DNA of 64,000 nucleotides, from assembly GCA_963664015.2 (NCBI GenBank), contig CAXXLF010000001.1, positions 1,184,001 through 1,248,000 of the forward strand, given 5' to 3'. Position 1 is the first letter of the stretch. Each line of letters starts with the position of its first letter. The notes under the pieces were generated by a model that worked only from the letters and a program-made list of their open reading frames with translations, searched no databases and was not told the DNA's origin. The stretch comes from Candidatus Binatia bacterium. GTDB taxonomy: Bacteria > Desulfobacterota > Binatia > UBA9968 > CAXXLF01. Made by a program: the position numbers and the translations under genes. Shown piece by piece: positions 11,648-21,308 of the stretch.

Positions 11648-12400
11648 TCATACACCGCTTACTCCAATCCTCCCTAGGTCCGTCTGGATCCCCGAAAAAG
11701 TCGCAGCCCCTGTGAGGACCCGCGACTATGCCGTGAGGGGATTGGATATTCCGATAGTGTTGCATGAGAGAAATCGCCGCGGGCGGCTCTTCCAGAGCCA
11801 CCACTGGACCACCGCTCTCGCCGTTATGCCAACCGACATTGAGTTCGTAGATCAGAGCGGCACCGATGACATATTGGGCTGAGACGATGCCTTCGTTCGC
11901 GTGGCTTTTCAGGAAAAATTCACCGCCCTTCAAGTTGCCCTGAGGGTCGACGTTGAGGCCGGCGATTGAAGGGGCAGGGTAGCCCGTCGTGACGACACGC
12001 GTGCCATCCGGTCGACGCGTGAAAGAGACCGGAAGAGCCGGCATGTGAACACCGTCCGTCGTGCAGGGACCGATTCCGAGAACCGCAAGATCGAGATCGG
12101 GGCGTTCGACCGGGAATCCGACTATTGAAGAATGGAACGCTGGATTGCCGTTCCCCGGCACCACGAACGCATAGAAGCGGTCAACCGTGTTACGATGCTG
12201 CCCGCCGTTCAGAAGGTGGAATGCGGTCAGCAGATACCGGTCCTCCACGACGCAGAAGGCGCTCTCCCCCCGAGAGTGGCCTGAAACTGAGCAGGCCGAA
12301 CCTTCCCCTTCCTGACTGTTTCGGGTCGAGTCAAGCGGATGTGGATGATAGCCGTGACGCTTTCGCGAACGATTGAAATTACGGATGTCAGATTTGCCAT
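11648..12400 (-). pseudogene. trypsin-like serine protease with apparent frameshifts
   Basis: LTAFH, DLAVL and GESGGP triad motifs; the N-terminus MANLTSVI...ATLGG shifts frame near 12265, and a second shift near 11700 is likely (alternative end ...IQTDLGRIGVSGV*). May be sequencing error. Confidence 0.65.
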
Positions 12401-12421
12401 TTCGGGTCCCTCTGAATTGCT

Positions 12422-12488
12422 GTCTAACGCTGTGTTAAACCGAGGCCGCTGCGCGGCCGTGGGTGTCGGGTTAAATGCCTGGTTAAGG
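12422..12488 (-). mobile_element. integron attC recombination site
   Basis: Minus strand: CCTTAAC-caggc-ATTTAACC-cgac...cg-GTTTAAC-acagc-GTTAGAC, i.e. R''-L''-L'-R' layout over 67 bp; R'' overlaps the ynfA-like stop codon. Confidence 0.8.
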
Positions 12489-12815
12489 GTTGAATAACCG
12501 AGGCCCAAACAGAATGATCGCCGCCCCGATTAAACAAACCACACCTCCGAAATAATCCGATATTAACGGCCGACTGCGTTCGATAAAGGTGAGCCATACA
12601 AACGATGAAACAATATAGACACCGCCATAGGCCGCATATACCCTGCCGGCAAACTCGGCCTCAACTTTAGTGAGGATGAAAGCAAACAGCGCCAAGCTTG
12701 CTACCCCTGGGATTACCCAGAGGACACTTTTGTCTAACCGAAGCCATATCCAGAAAGCGTAGCACCCTGCAACTTCAAAGGCTGCCGCTGCAAAAAAATA
12801 GAGAAAATTGATCAC
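12483..12815 (-). CDS. YnfA family small multidrug resistance-like membrane protein
   Basis: [10 protein letters not shown] and [13 protein letters not shown] motifs; GTG start. Confidence 0.9.
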   Translation of the reverse strand: MINFLYFFAAAAFEVAGCYAFWIWLRLDKSVLWVIPGVASLALFAFILTKVEAEFAGRVYAAYGGVYIVSSFVWLTFIERSRPLISDYFGGVVCLIGAAIILFGPRLFNP

Positions 12816-12942
12816 GGCTTCAGCGCTCCTAGCCTGGAATGTAGCGTACACCTAACGTTGTACCACTGAGCCCCTAATCAAAGGCACATCTGAATAGCAT
12901 CCAGAGGTTTGCGTCGACTCACACGGCGGGTAAAACGGGTGT

Positions 12943-13155
12943 CTACAGATCTTCTGGTTTGAGTCCAGTTCATTTGGCGATTCTGGCAAGCATCCTGGAC
13001 CCAAGTTCCTCTTGATTGTGGAAGGCAAATACAAAGTCGGACCACCCGGGACGGGAAAGGATACGGTGAGATCCTACCCGACGCTTAAGAATCCACCCAG
13101 TTCTAAGAAGTGCTGCAAACGCACGTCTGGCACGAATACTCGGCCACTGGCTCAT
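12943..13155 (-). pseudogene. hicA: HicA family toxin with premature TGA
   Basis: GW...GSHRIL motif; the frame continues past TGA (12970-72) as TGLKPEDL*, the usual C-terminus of this family. Confidence 0.75.
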
Positions 13156-13361
13156 GCTACCGCAGCAAAGGAAATACTCAGCAGTTCTGGACCTGCTTCA
13201 CCATGTTCCAGACGATCCGCAATCACACGAAGGGCAAGGGCCTGGACCTTCGCCTTGGCCTCATCTGGGGTCTTTCCATAGGCGAGAACCCCCGGTAGAT
13301 CAACCACTTCCGCGATCCAGCGCCCGTTTTCTTCTTGCTCAATTTCAACTTTGAACGTCAT
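13152..13361 (-). CDS. hicB: HicB family antitoxin
   Basis: EQEENGRWIAEVVDLPGVLAYGKTPDEA. Confidence 0.88.
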   Translation of the reverse strand: MTFKVEIEQEENGRWIAEVVDLPGVLAYGKTPDEAKAKVQALALRVIADRLEHGEAGPELLSISFAAVA

Positions 13362-13559
13362 GGCATGGCTACCCTTTTTTAGACAAGTCTGATTGTACGC
13401 TTTTTAGTATTTCATGCAAAGCCTGCCATGGAGACTAATTACTTGATTGGTGTCCTTACAGCGCGGCGGATGGTCTACGCGGAACGCGGTAGGATGCGCA
13501 ATTCAGGTATGGGTGGGGGGCTAAGGTGCAGGGGAGGAGAGGCGGTCTCTGTCTCTTTC

Positions 13560-14588
13560 TTACTTCATCAACTGGGCGTTGATCTCGTCGAGCAGCTTTG
13601 CGGAGGGCTGCAGCTCGTCCTGTCCCAGGCTGGCCAGCGGGGTGTCGCAGAGGTCCATCGCCGTGGCCAGGTCGGGGGATTCGCCGTCGTAGTAGATGAG
13701 CCCCGTGAGGAATTTACCTTCGGCGACGGAACCATGGATCGCCTTCAAGGCGTTTTCCTTGTTGGTGGGTTCGTATCTCTCCCGGAGTTTGTGCAAGGTG
13801 ATATGCGACCCATCGTGCAAGGTTACTTGGTGGTCGGTTCCTTCCTCGTAATCCACCTCGATATTCTCAAAATGGGGGATGAAGTCCAGGTCGTGGAGGG
13901 GATCCAGATGATCCTTGATATACTGCAAGCTCTTGGTCGATCCCTCATGGTTGTTGAAGGTAACGCAGGGGCTCAACACATCGAGGATAGCGCTCCCCCG
14001 GTGGGCGAAAGCTCCTTGAATCAACGGGGAAAGCTGTTTCCGGTCCCCGGAAAAGCTCCGCGCCACATAGGTCGCACCCAGATTGATAGCTAGCTCAGCA
14101 ATGTCAATGGGAGGCAGCTCGTTAATCTTACCGCCCTTCATGAGGGAGCCCTTGTCGGCGGTGGCCGAGAACTGGCCTTTGGTCAGCCCATAGACGCCGT
14201 TGTTCTCCACGATGTAGGTGATGTTCACATTGCGCCGGACCATGTGACAGAAGTTACCCAACCCGATTGCCGAGGTATCCCCATCGCCCGATACGCCCAC
14301 CGGAATCAGCGTATGATTGGCTAGATTAGCGCCCGTGGCGACCGCCGACATACGGCCGTGTATGGTGTTGAAGCCAAAGGACTGGCTGAGAAAATAAGCT
14401 GGTGTCTTGGAAGAGCAGCCGATGCCGCTCAGCTTGATGACCTTACGCGGGTCGATCCCGCTTTCGAAAAAGGCGCGGATGACAGACGCCGAGATTGCAT
14501 CGTGCCCGCAGCCTTTGCACATGGTGGACTCGCCACCCCGGTAGTCCTTCTCAGTTAGATTGACGCGATTGGTCTTTGCACCGGCCAC
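13560..14588 (-). CDS. 2-oxoacid:ferredoxin oxidoreductase beta subunit
   Basis: CKGCGH, SGIGCSS, GDGD...NNGVYGLTKGQ TPP-binding motif. Confidence 0.93.
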   Translation of the reverse strand: MAGAKTNRVNLTEKDYRGGESTMCKGCGHDAISASVIRAFFESGIDPRKVIKLSGIGCSSKTPAYFLSQSFGFNTIHGRMSAVATGANLANHTLIPVGVSGDGDTSAIGLGNFCHMVRRNVNITYIVENNGVYGLTKGQFSATADKGSLMKGGKINELPPIDIAELAINLGATYVARSFSGDRKQLSPLIQGAFAHRGSAILDVLSPCVTFNNHEGSTKSLQYIKDHLDPLHDLDFIPHFENIEVDYEEGTDHQVTLHDGSHITLHKLRERYEPTNKENALKAIHGSVAEGKFLTGLIYYDGESPDLATAMDLCDTPLASLGQDELQPSAKLLDEINAQLMK

Positions 14589-16399
14589 GGTTTTACCTCT
14601 TTTCCCAGACTCGATTGATATTCCTTTATCTGCTTGACGATCCCTCCTGCAGTCGCCGGAAGTCCGTCGTAGAGGAGGACACTGATGATCTTCATCCCCA
14701 GGTCAGGCCACTCGGCTTTGAAGATTGCCGCCATTTGGCCGTCACGGTTCTGTTCCACCAGGTAAACAACATCATTGGCGACCATGAATTTTCTAACTTC
14801 TTCCGTTAAGGGCAAGGCCCTCAGCAACAGGTGATTGGTCTTTTGACCCTGTGCGCTGAGCCGATCCCGAGCTTCCCGGGTGGCCTCATAGCTGGACCCG
14901 AAACAAATAAAACCGGCTTTGACGCCTTGCGACATCTCAACAATCGGCTTGGGAACCGCCCCTCGGGCCGTATCCAGCTTCCTCGCGAGCCGGTCAAGGG
15001 TTGCCTTGTAGTCCTTCTCGTCTTCGCTATACTTGGCGTCGTCATCGTGGCCGGAGCCTCGGGTGAAATAGGCCGCCTTCGGGTGCGGCGTACCCGGCAC
15101 CGTCCTCTGGGGGATCCCGTCTCCGTCAAGATCAAAATAGCGGCGGAACTTACCCTCCAGTTTTTCCAGATCCTTGGCGCTCAGGAGCTTACCGCGATCA
15201 AAGGGCTCGGCCTCCAACTTGAGGGGTTCCGAGGACCACAGGTTCATCCCCAGATCCAGGTCCATCATGATGAAGACCGGGGTCTGAAAGCGCTCCGCGT
15301 AGTCAAAACTACGCCGAGATAGGTCGAAACTGGAACGCATGTCATGGGGGATCAGAATAATATGTCGGGTGTCACCGTGGGAGCAGTAATACATGGAAAG
15401 GATGTCGGCCTGCTGGGTGCGTGTAGGGAGTCCCGTTGAGGGCCCGCCCCGTTGAATGATGAAAAAGACACTTGGGATCTCGGCAAAATAGGAGAGGCCG
15501 ATGGTCTCATTCATGAGGGAGAGTCCGGGACCCGAGGTCGAGGTCATGGAACGGGCACCGGCCCAACCGCCGCCAATAACCATACCCGCGGCAGCGATCT
15601 CATCCTCCGCCTGAACAATGGCATAGCTCGCCTTGCCGTCGGTTCTCTTGCGTAATCGTGGGAGATAGTGCTCGATGGATTCCGCCAGCGAGCTGGATGG
15701 CGTGATAGGATACCAGGCAACTAACGTAACCCCGCCGTATATTGCTCCCAGGGCGCAGGCCGTGTTCCCCTCCGTAATGATCTTACCCTGGTTACCTCCG
15801 GGGATGGCCTTCAATAGACCGATATCCTGCTTGGTTCCTTTTTCTTCCACGTACCGGTAACCGAGATCGATACAGAGAAGATTCGATTCGATGACTGCCG
15901 GCTTATTTCCAAAGGTGTCGCGCAGGACTTCCTGGATGATCTCCCATTCGATACCGAACAGCTTGGCCACCGCACCGACGTAGACCATGTTTCGCTGCTT
16001 GACCCGTAGCGGTGAGGCCTCCATATTGTCCTGCACCAGTTTGTTCGCCGGGACCCCCACATACTGGACCCCGTCCCGCTTCAATTGGGCAGGCAGGGGC
16101 TTGGAGTCATCGTAAATAATCACACCGCCGTCCCGTACCCGGCGGATGTCCTGAGCCGCCGTGACATCGTTGAACATCACCATGATATCGATGACGTCTT
16201 TGCGGCCCGAATAACCGTCGCCACAAGCCCTGATCTGGTACCAGGTGGGCAGGCCCTGAATATTGGAAGGAAACATGTTCTTCGACGAGCAGGGTATGCC
16301 CATCTTGAAGATGGATTTAAAAAGAACGTTGTTTGAAGAGGCGCTCCCCGATCCGTTTTCCGTCGCTACACAGATGTTGAGGTCGTTGATTGCAGGCAT
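14555..16399 (-). CDS. 2-oxoacid:acceptor oxidoreductase alpha subunit
   Basis: YPITPSS, QAEDEIAA, TSGPG and QRGGPSTGLPT motifs. Confidence 0.93.
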   Translation of the reverse strand: MPAINDLNICVATENGSGSASSNNVLFKSIFKMGIPCSSKNMFPSNIQGLPTWYQIRACGDGYSGRKDVIDIMVMFNDVTAAQDIRRVRDGGVIIYDDSKPLPAQLKRDGVQYVGVPANKLVQDNMEASPLRVKQRNMVYVGAVAKLFGIEWEIIQEVLRDTFGNKPAVIESNLLCIDLGYRYVEEKGTKQDIGLLKAIPGGNQGKIITEGNTACALGAIYGGVTLVAWYPITPSSSLAESIEHYLPRLRKRTDGKASYAIVQAEDEIAAAGMVIGGGWAGARSMTSTSGPGLSLMNETIGLSYFAEIPSVFFIIQRGGPSTGLPTRTQQADILSMYYCSHGDTRHIILIPHDMRSSFDLSRRSFDYAERFQTPVFIMMDLDLGMNLWSSEPLKLEAEPFDRGKLLSAKDLEKLEGKFRRYFDLDGDGIPQRTVPGTPHPKAAYFTRGSGHDDDAKYSEDEKDYKATLDRLARKLDTARGAVPKPIVEMSQGVKAGFICFGSSYEATREARDRLSAQGQKTNHLLLRALPLTEEVRKFMVANDVVYLVEQNRDGQMAAIFKAEWPDLGMKIISVLLYDGLPATAGGIVKQIKEYQSSLGKEVKPWPVQRPIASI

Positions 16400-16591
16400 C
16401 TACAGGCTCCAGAAGAAGAATACTTTAAAACATACAATTATTTAAAGTAACATAGCTGTTTAAAAAAACCAAACATACTGCAGGCCTTTTCTTGACTCGA
16501 AAGGCCCATAACCCCTTAAAAACCATCGGATTCATGCTCGCACCCTACTCCCTATCCGGAAGTGTACTGCTCCTCCGAATCCCAGTACTCC

Positions 16592-17186
16592 TTAGATCTC
16601 TTTCCAGGCCTTCCGCACGCTTTCGTCCACGTCCAAAGCCTGGGCGTATTTGAGCACATCCCCCATGGAGACAACACCAACCAGTTCCCCGTAAAACTGA
16701 TAAGGGTTTGATTAGAAGGGCTAATCCAATAACATTTTCAAAAATAAACCGAGAATAAGGAAAGATACAGCCAATCCTCCAAATCCTAAGATAACCCAAC
16801 CCAACCAGTTGGGGTCACCCGCATAACAAAGAAACTCAACTTTACAAAAACCGTTTATAAACGAATCCCACATATTTCCTGCCTCTCAACCAAACCCTAA
16901 TCTATTCTACGTTAGTCACTTCCAGTGGGTGCATACCGTGTGTGTTTTATTGCTAATTGGCAAAATCTATACATCCCCATTGCACTTTAATTTTTCCATC
17001 GGGTCGCTTCTGGTAGAGGTTGATTCTATCTTCATACCGGTAATGGATATTAGGTATTTTTTCGGTAACAATCACCCGCCCCACGTTCTTTTCCTCCATC
17101 TGTTTCATGACCGCCGCAATGGAATCGGCCGGCTGCACGGTCATGATATCGAGGTTCATAATCTCCTTAATCTTGTTGGAAAGCAT
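16592..17186 (-). pseudogene. CBS-domain protein split by an ~365-bp AT-rich foreign segment
   Basis: N-part MLSNKIKEIMNLDIMTVQPADS...VGRVIVTE (17186 to ~17058) and C-part GELVGVVSMGDVLKY...WKEI* (16690-16592). Confidence 0.75.
16721..16873 (-). CDS. 50-aa single-TM hypothetical protein, too short for the ORF track
   Basis: MWDSFINGFCKVEFLCYAGDPNWLGWVILGFGGLAVSFLILGLFLKMLLD*, with GAGG/AGGA upstream; bracketed by inverted repeats. Confidence 0.6.
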   Translation of the reverse strand: MWDSFINGFCKVEFLCYAGDPNWLGWVILGFGGLAVSFLILGLFLKMLLD

Positions 17187-17382
17187 AGGCCCCTCCATAG
17201 GGTAGAAATGGAAAATTTTAAAGTCCCACTATCTTAATAGTCATATTTTTTCCAAACCGTTTCAAGAGAGCCCCAGCGCTGCGTATCGGCAGGTTGATAG
17301 CCAAGGCACCACTGCGCCCGCCTCGCCCACGGCCAGCCGTTGCGCCTTGGGACGTCCCATAATAGAGTAATAGAAGAGTTCG

Positions 17383-18705
17383 GTGCTCATGAGCGACGAC
17401 CTCGAAAGACTCCTCGGCCCCATGACTCAACTTGTAGTTGTCATTTTTCTAGCCTTTTTCTTTTTCGAGCTTCTGGTCGAACTCGTACTTAACGAGTTGA
17501 ATATTGGCTATGTCCAGCGCCGTCGGTCGGGCCAGATGATCCCCGATTCGTTTCACGGCAAGATAGACTCCCAACAGATGGAACGGTCGGTATCCTATAC
17601 CCTGGCAATCGACCGGTTCCAACGATGGGCAACCCTTTACGGCGCGTTGGCCACACTCCTAGTCCTATTCGGAGGCGCCCTCCCGGTCGCGGAGCAACTC
17701 TCGGCCCAGCTGGGGTCCCTCTTCCCACCCAGCCTGCACGCCAACGGCATCTTGTTCTGTCTCGGCACCGGTTTCGTCGTGTCAGTGCTGAACCTACCGA
17801 CGGAACTTTATTCGACCTTCGTGATCGAGCAACGTTTTGGCTTCAACCGGACACCGTTCGGACTCTACCTGGCCGACAAATTAAAAGGGCTGGTGCTGGC
17901 TATTTTGATCGGTGGCCCGTTTCTCTTTTGCATCCTGTGGGTGATGCGAGGGACGGGGACTAGCTGGTGGATCTGGGCCTTCTTTTTTATCTTCGGCTTT
18001 CAACTCTTAATGCTGGTCCTCTATCCTGCACTGATCGCCCCCCTGTTCAATCGCTTTTACCCACTGGAACCGGGCGAACTACGGGAGCAGATTTCGTCCT
18101 TGGCCCGACAGGTAGGACTGAAAACCAGCGGCATCTATACCATGGACGGTTCCAAGCGTTCGGCCCATTCCAACGCCTATTTTACGGGAATGGGTAAATC
18201 CAAGAGAATCGTTCTGTTCGACACGCTCTTGAAACAGTTGAATACGGAGCAGCTGTTGGCCGTTCTGGCCCATGAGATAGGCCATTACAAGCTCAAGCAC
18301 ATCCGGCGGTCGCTCGTCTTAAGGGGCGCTTTTCTCCTTACGGCCCTGTTCGTTCTGAGCTTGCTGGTGGATTATCCGCCATTCTTCCACGCCTTCGGGC
18401 TTCAGGAACCCACCCACCATAGTGCCCTGGTTCTCTTCACCTTTCTAGCCGGTCCTTTCACTTTCTATCTCAACCCCTTGTTTAACCATCTCTCACGCAG
18501 GTATGAATATGAAGCCGACGCCTTTGCCGCCGAGATATCGAACAACGCACAAGCTCTGGGAGAGGCCTTGATCGAGCTTACAGTGCAGAACCTCTCCAAT
18601 CTAACGCCCCATCCCTGGTACTCGGCCTACCACTACTCCCACCCGACTACGGAGGAACGGATCCGAGCTATGGCTGCCATGGGGAAAAAATTGGCTCAGA
18701 CATGA
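17383..18705 (+). CDS. M48 family (Ste24-like) membrane zinc metalloprotease
   Basis: DGSKRS, NAYFTG, HEIGH, EYEAD and YSHP motifs; start may be a few codons downstream. Confidence 0.92.
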   Translation: MLMSDDLERLLGPMTQLVVVIFLAFFFFELLVELVLNELNIGYVQRRRSGQMIPDSFHGKIDSQQMERSVSYTLAIDRFQRWATLYGALATLLVLFGGALPVAEQLSAQLGSLFPPSLHANGILFCLGTGFVVSVLNLPTELYSTFVIEQRFGFNRTPFGLYLADKLKGLVLAILIGGPFLFCILWVMRGTGTSWWIWAFFFIFGFQLLMLVLYPALIAPLFNRFYPLEPGELREQISSLARQVGLKTSGIYTMDGSKRSAHSNAYFTGMGKSKRIVLFDTLLKQLNTEQLLAVLAHEIGHYKLKHIRRSLVLRGAFLLTALFVLSLLVDYPPFFHAFGLQEPTHHSALVLFTFLAGPFTFYLNPLFNHLSRRYEYEADAFAAEISNNAQALGEALIELTVQNLSNLTPHPWYSAYHYSHPTTEERIRAMAAMGKKLAQT

Positions 18706-19952
18706 CGATCTCCATGACCGGCACCGACGGTAATGAGGCGCGGTATCATGCGACCCATAGAGGTCCGTTTTCCCTGTATGTCCACATCCCCTACTGCATC
18801 AGCAAGTGTCCCTACTGCGACTTCAACTCCCACGTGGTTTCCCTAATTCCCGAAGACCAGTACACGAATGCCTTGATTCACGAGTTGCGTTTCTACGCCA
18901 CCAAGGCCGGCTGGGGCGGACGGTGGTTAAAAAGCATTTTCTTTGGCGGAGGGACGCCTTCCACCTTCAAGCCCCAAAGCATTGGGCGCATCCTGACCGA
19001 AGCCCATTCATTCTTTCCCTATGAAAACGACATAGAGATCACGGCGGAAGCCAATCCAGGCACGGTGGATAGCAATAACTTTGCCGGGTATCGCAGCTGT
19101 GGCGTCAATCGGATCAGCATCGGCGTCCAGTCCTTCGACCCCCGTCGGCTCAAATTCCTGGGCCGAGTGCACAGTGCAGATGAGAGCCGCCAGGCCATGA
19201 AAATCATTCGCCAATCAGGTTTTGACAACTTCAATATGGATCTGATGATCGCCCTACCGGGCCAGTCGCAGCCGGACCTGCAGGCAGACCTGGACGAGGC
19301 CCTGAGCTTCGATCCCCCGCATCTCTCCGCCTACAATCTTACCTTTGAGGAGGGAACCCCTTTCTACCGGCAATTCCGCTCAGGTAAAATCAGCTCTCTT
19401 CCGGAAGACGAAGAAATCGCAATGGCTGAGCTTGTCGAATCTACACTGGCCGGTCACGGTCTGAAACGCTACGAAATCTCCAATTACGCGCGACCTCACC
19501 GCCACTCTCGACATAACGTGAATTACTGGGAGTCCGGAGACTACCTGGGCATTGGGGCCGGCGCCCATAGCTTCCAGCAGCACGTAATCTCTCAAACTAG
19601 TGAAACTAGTGAAATTGGGGGCAAGCGCTGGCAGAACGAGAAGGACCCGGGACGCTACATAAACCGCATCCAAGATAGGCAGGATAGGCGGGACAGGCAG
19701 CAGGCGGTTGTGGAATGCGAAGAAATCGACCTCAACAGGGCGGCGGGAGAATTTATGTTCCTGGGCCTGAGAATGACTCAAGGGATATCGCACCAGACCT
19801 TTTTCAGCCGCTTCGGCAAAACCGTCGGCGAATTTTATCCCAAGATCGAGGATTGGACGAAACAGGGCTGGATGGAAGAAATTGACAACCGCTTGCGGCT
19901 GACAGAGAAGGGTCTGATGGTCGCCAATTCTATCTTCGTGGACTTTGTCTGA
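18702..19952 (+). CDS. hemW: radical SAM heme chaperone HemW (HemN-like)
   Basis: YVHIPYCISKCPYCDFN, GGGTPS, YEISNY and HNVNYW motifs. Confidence 0.88.
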   Translation: MTISMTGTDGNEARYHATHRGPFSLYVHIPYCISKCPYCDFNSHVVSLIPEDQYTNALIHELRFYATKAGWGGRWLKSIFFGGGTPSTFKPQSIGRILTEAHSFFPYENDIEITAEANPGTVDSNNFAGYRSCGVNRISIGVQSFDPRRLKFLGRVHSADESRQAMKIIRQSGFDNFNMDLMIALPGQSQPDLQADLDEALSFDPPHLSAYNLTFEEGTPFYRQFRSGKISSLPEDEEIAMAELVESTLAGHGLKRYEISNYARPHRHSRHNVNYWESGDYLGIGAGAHSFQQHVISQTSETSEIGGKRWQNEKDPGRYINRIQDRQDRRDRQQAVVECEEIDLNRAAGEFMFLGLRMTQGISHQTFFSRFGKTVGEFYPKIEDWTKQGWMEEIDNRLRLTEKGLMVANSIFVDFV

Positions 19953-20007
19953 CCGGAACGGCCACAGAATCCCCTCTGGCAAGTCTAGGCAGAGTGCCTT
20001 TCGTTGC

Positions 20008-21270
20008 TTAGGTCCCTACGGCCCATGAGGTGAGATAGGTCTTCTGCGTATCGGTGAGCTTGTCTAAGTGGATTCCCATGCTGATGAGCTTCAACCGGGC
20101 CACCCATTCTTCAACCACAGTGGGAACATCGTAGACCTCGGCCTTGAGCTTCTTGCGGTTTTTCAAGGCCCACTCGGAGGCAAGGGCCTGGGTGGCAAAA
20201 CTCATATCCATGACCGAGGCCGGATGGCCCTCCGCCGCGGCCAGGTTCACCAATCTCCCCTCTCCCAACAGGTAAACGGTTTTTCCACCGCGCAGGGTAT
20301 AGGCGTCGACATGATTTCTCACGTTTTTCCGCCGCTTCACCGCCATCTGGTTCAGCCCCTTGAGGTCGATCTCGATGTCAAAGTGTCCCGAGTTGCAGAG
20401 GATGGCCCCATCCTTCATCACCCGGATATGATCTTTGGAGATAACGTGCATGTCGCCAGTCACCGTGACGAAGAGGTCCCCCACTCTAGCGGCCTCTTTC
20501 ATCGACATCACCTGAAATCCATCCATGACGGCCTCCAGGGCGCGGACCGGATCCACCTCGGTGACGATCACCTGAGCGCCCATGCCTCGTCCCCGGGACG
20601 CCAACCCTTTGCCGCACCATCCGTAACCGGCTATGACCATCCGTTTTCCCGCCAGAAGAACATCCGTTGCACGGATGATACCGTCGATGGTCGACTGACC
20701 GGTACCGTATCGATTGTCGAATAGGTGTTTGGTCGCGGCATCGTTTACGGCTATCACCGGGATCTTCAGCGCGCCATCCTGCGCCAACGCGCGCAGGCGA
20801 ATGACACCCGTGGTGGTCTCCTCCATGCTGGCTACCATCTGGGGGGCAAACTTGGTGTACTCTTTATGAAGCAAGGAAACCAGGTCCGCTCCGTCGTCCA
20901 GGGTAAGGAGCGGTTTGTGATCCAGAGCCGCACGCAGATGGCGATAATAGGTCCTACGGTCTTCACCGCGTACGGCGTAGACTGAGATACGGTCGTGCTT
21001 GACCAGCGAGGCCGCCACATCGTCCTGCGTGGAAAGCGGATTGGACGCGCAAAGGAGAACTTGAGCACCTCCGGCTTTGAGCGCCCTAAGCAGATTAGCC
21101 GTTTCTGCGGTCACGTGAAGACAAGCCGAAACGCGCATCCCTCGAAGGGGCTTTTCTTTCAAAAAGCGGTCGCGTACTTTGCGCAAGACGGGCATCTCCT
21201 GATCAGCCCACAGGACGCGCTTTCTTCCGTCATCAGCCAAACGCATACTCTTAACATGGTATTTATTCAT
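20008..21270 (-). CDS. ahcY: adenosylhomocysteinase
   Basis: [32 protein letters not shown] and GHP motifs. Confidence 0.97.
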   Translation of the reverse strand: MNKYHVKSMRLADDGRKRVLWADQEMPVLRKVRDRFLKEKPLRGMRVSACLHVTAETANLLRALKAGGAQVLLCASNPLSTQDDVAASLVKHDRISVYAVRGEDRRTYYRHLRAALDHKPLLTLDDGADLVSLLHKEYTKFAPQMVASMEETTTGVIRLRALAQDGALKIPVIAVNDAATKHLFDNRYGTGQSTIDGIIRATDVLLAGKRMVIAGYGWCGKGLASRGRGMGAQVIVTEVDPVRALEAVMDGFQVMSMKEAARVGDLFVTVTGDMHVISKDHIRVMKDGAILCNSGHFDIEIDLKGLNQMAVKRRKNVRNHVDAYTLRGGKTVYLLGEGRLVNLAAAEGHPASVMDMSFATQALASEWALKNRKKLKAEVYDVPTVVEEWVARLKLISMGIHLDKLTDTQKTYLTSWAVGT

Positions 21271-21308
21271 TCTTCGATTCTCCCTCTCCGCCCGTCAACC
21301 GGATTTTT

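Noticed and set aside
19590-19710. Micro-duplications in hemW (aaactagtg x2; gataggc-like repeats)
   Set aside because: In-frame loop expansions with no sign of function.
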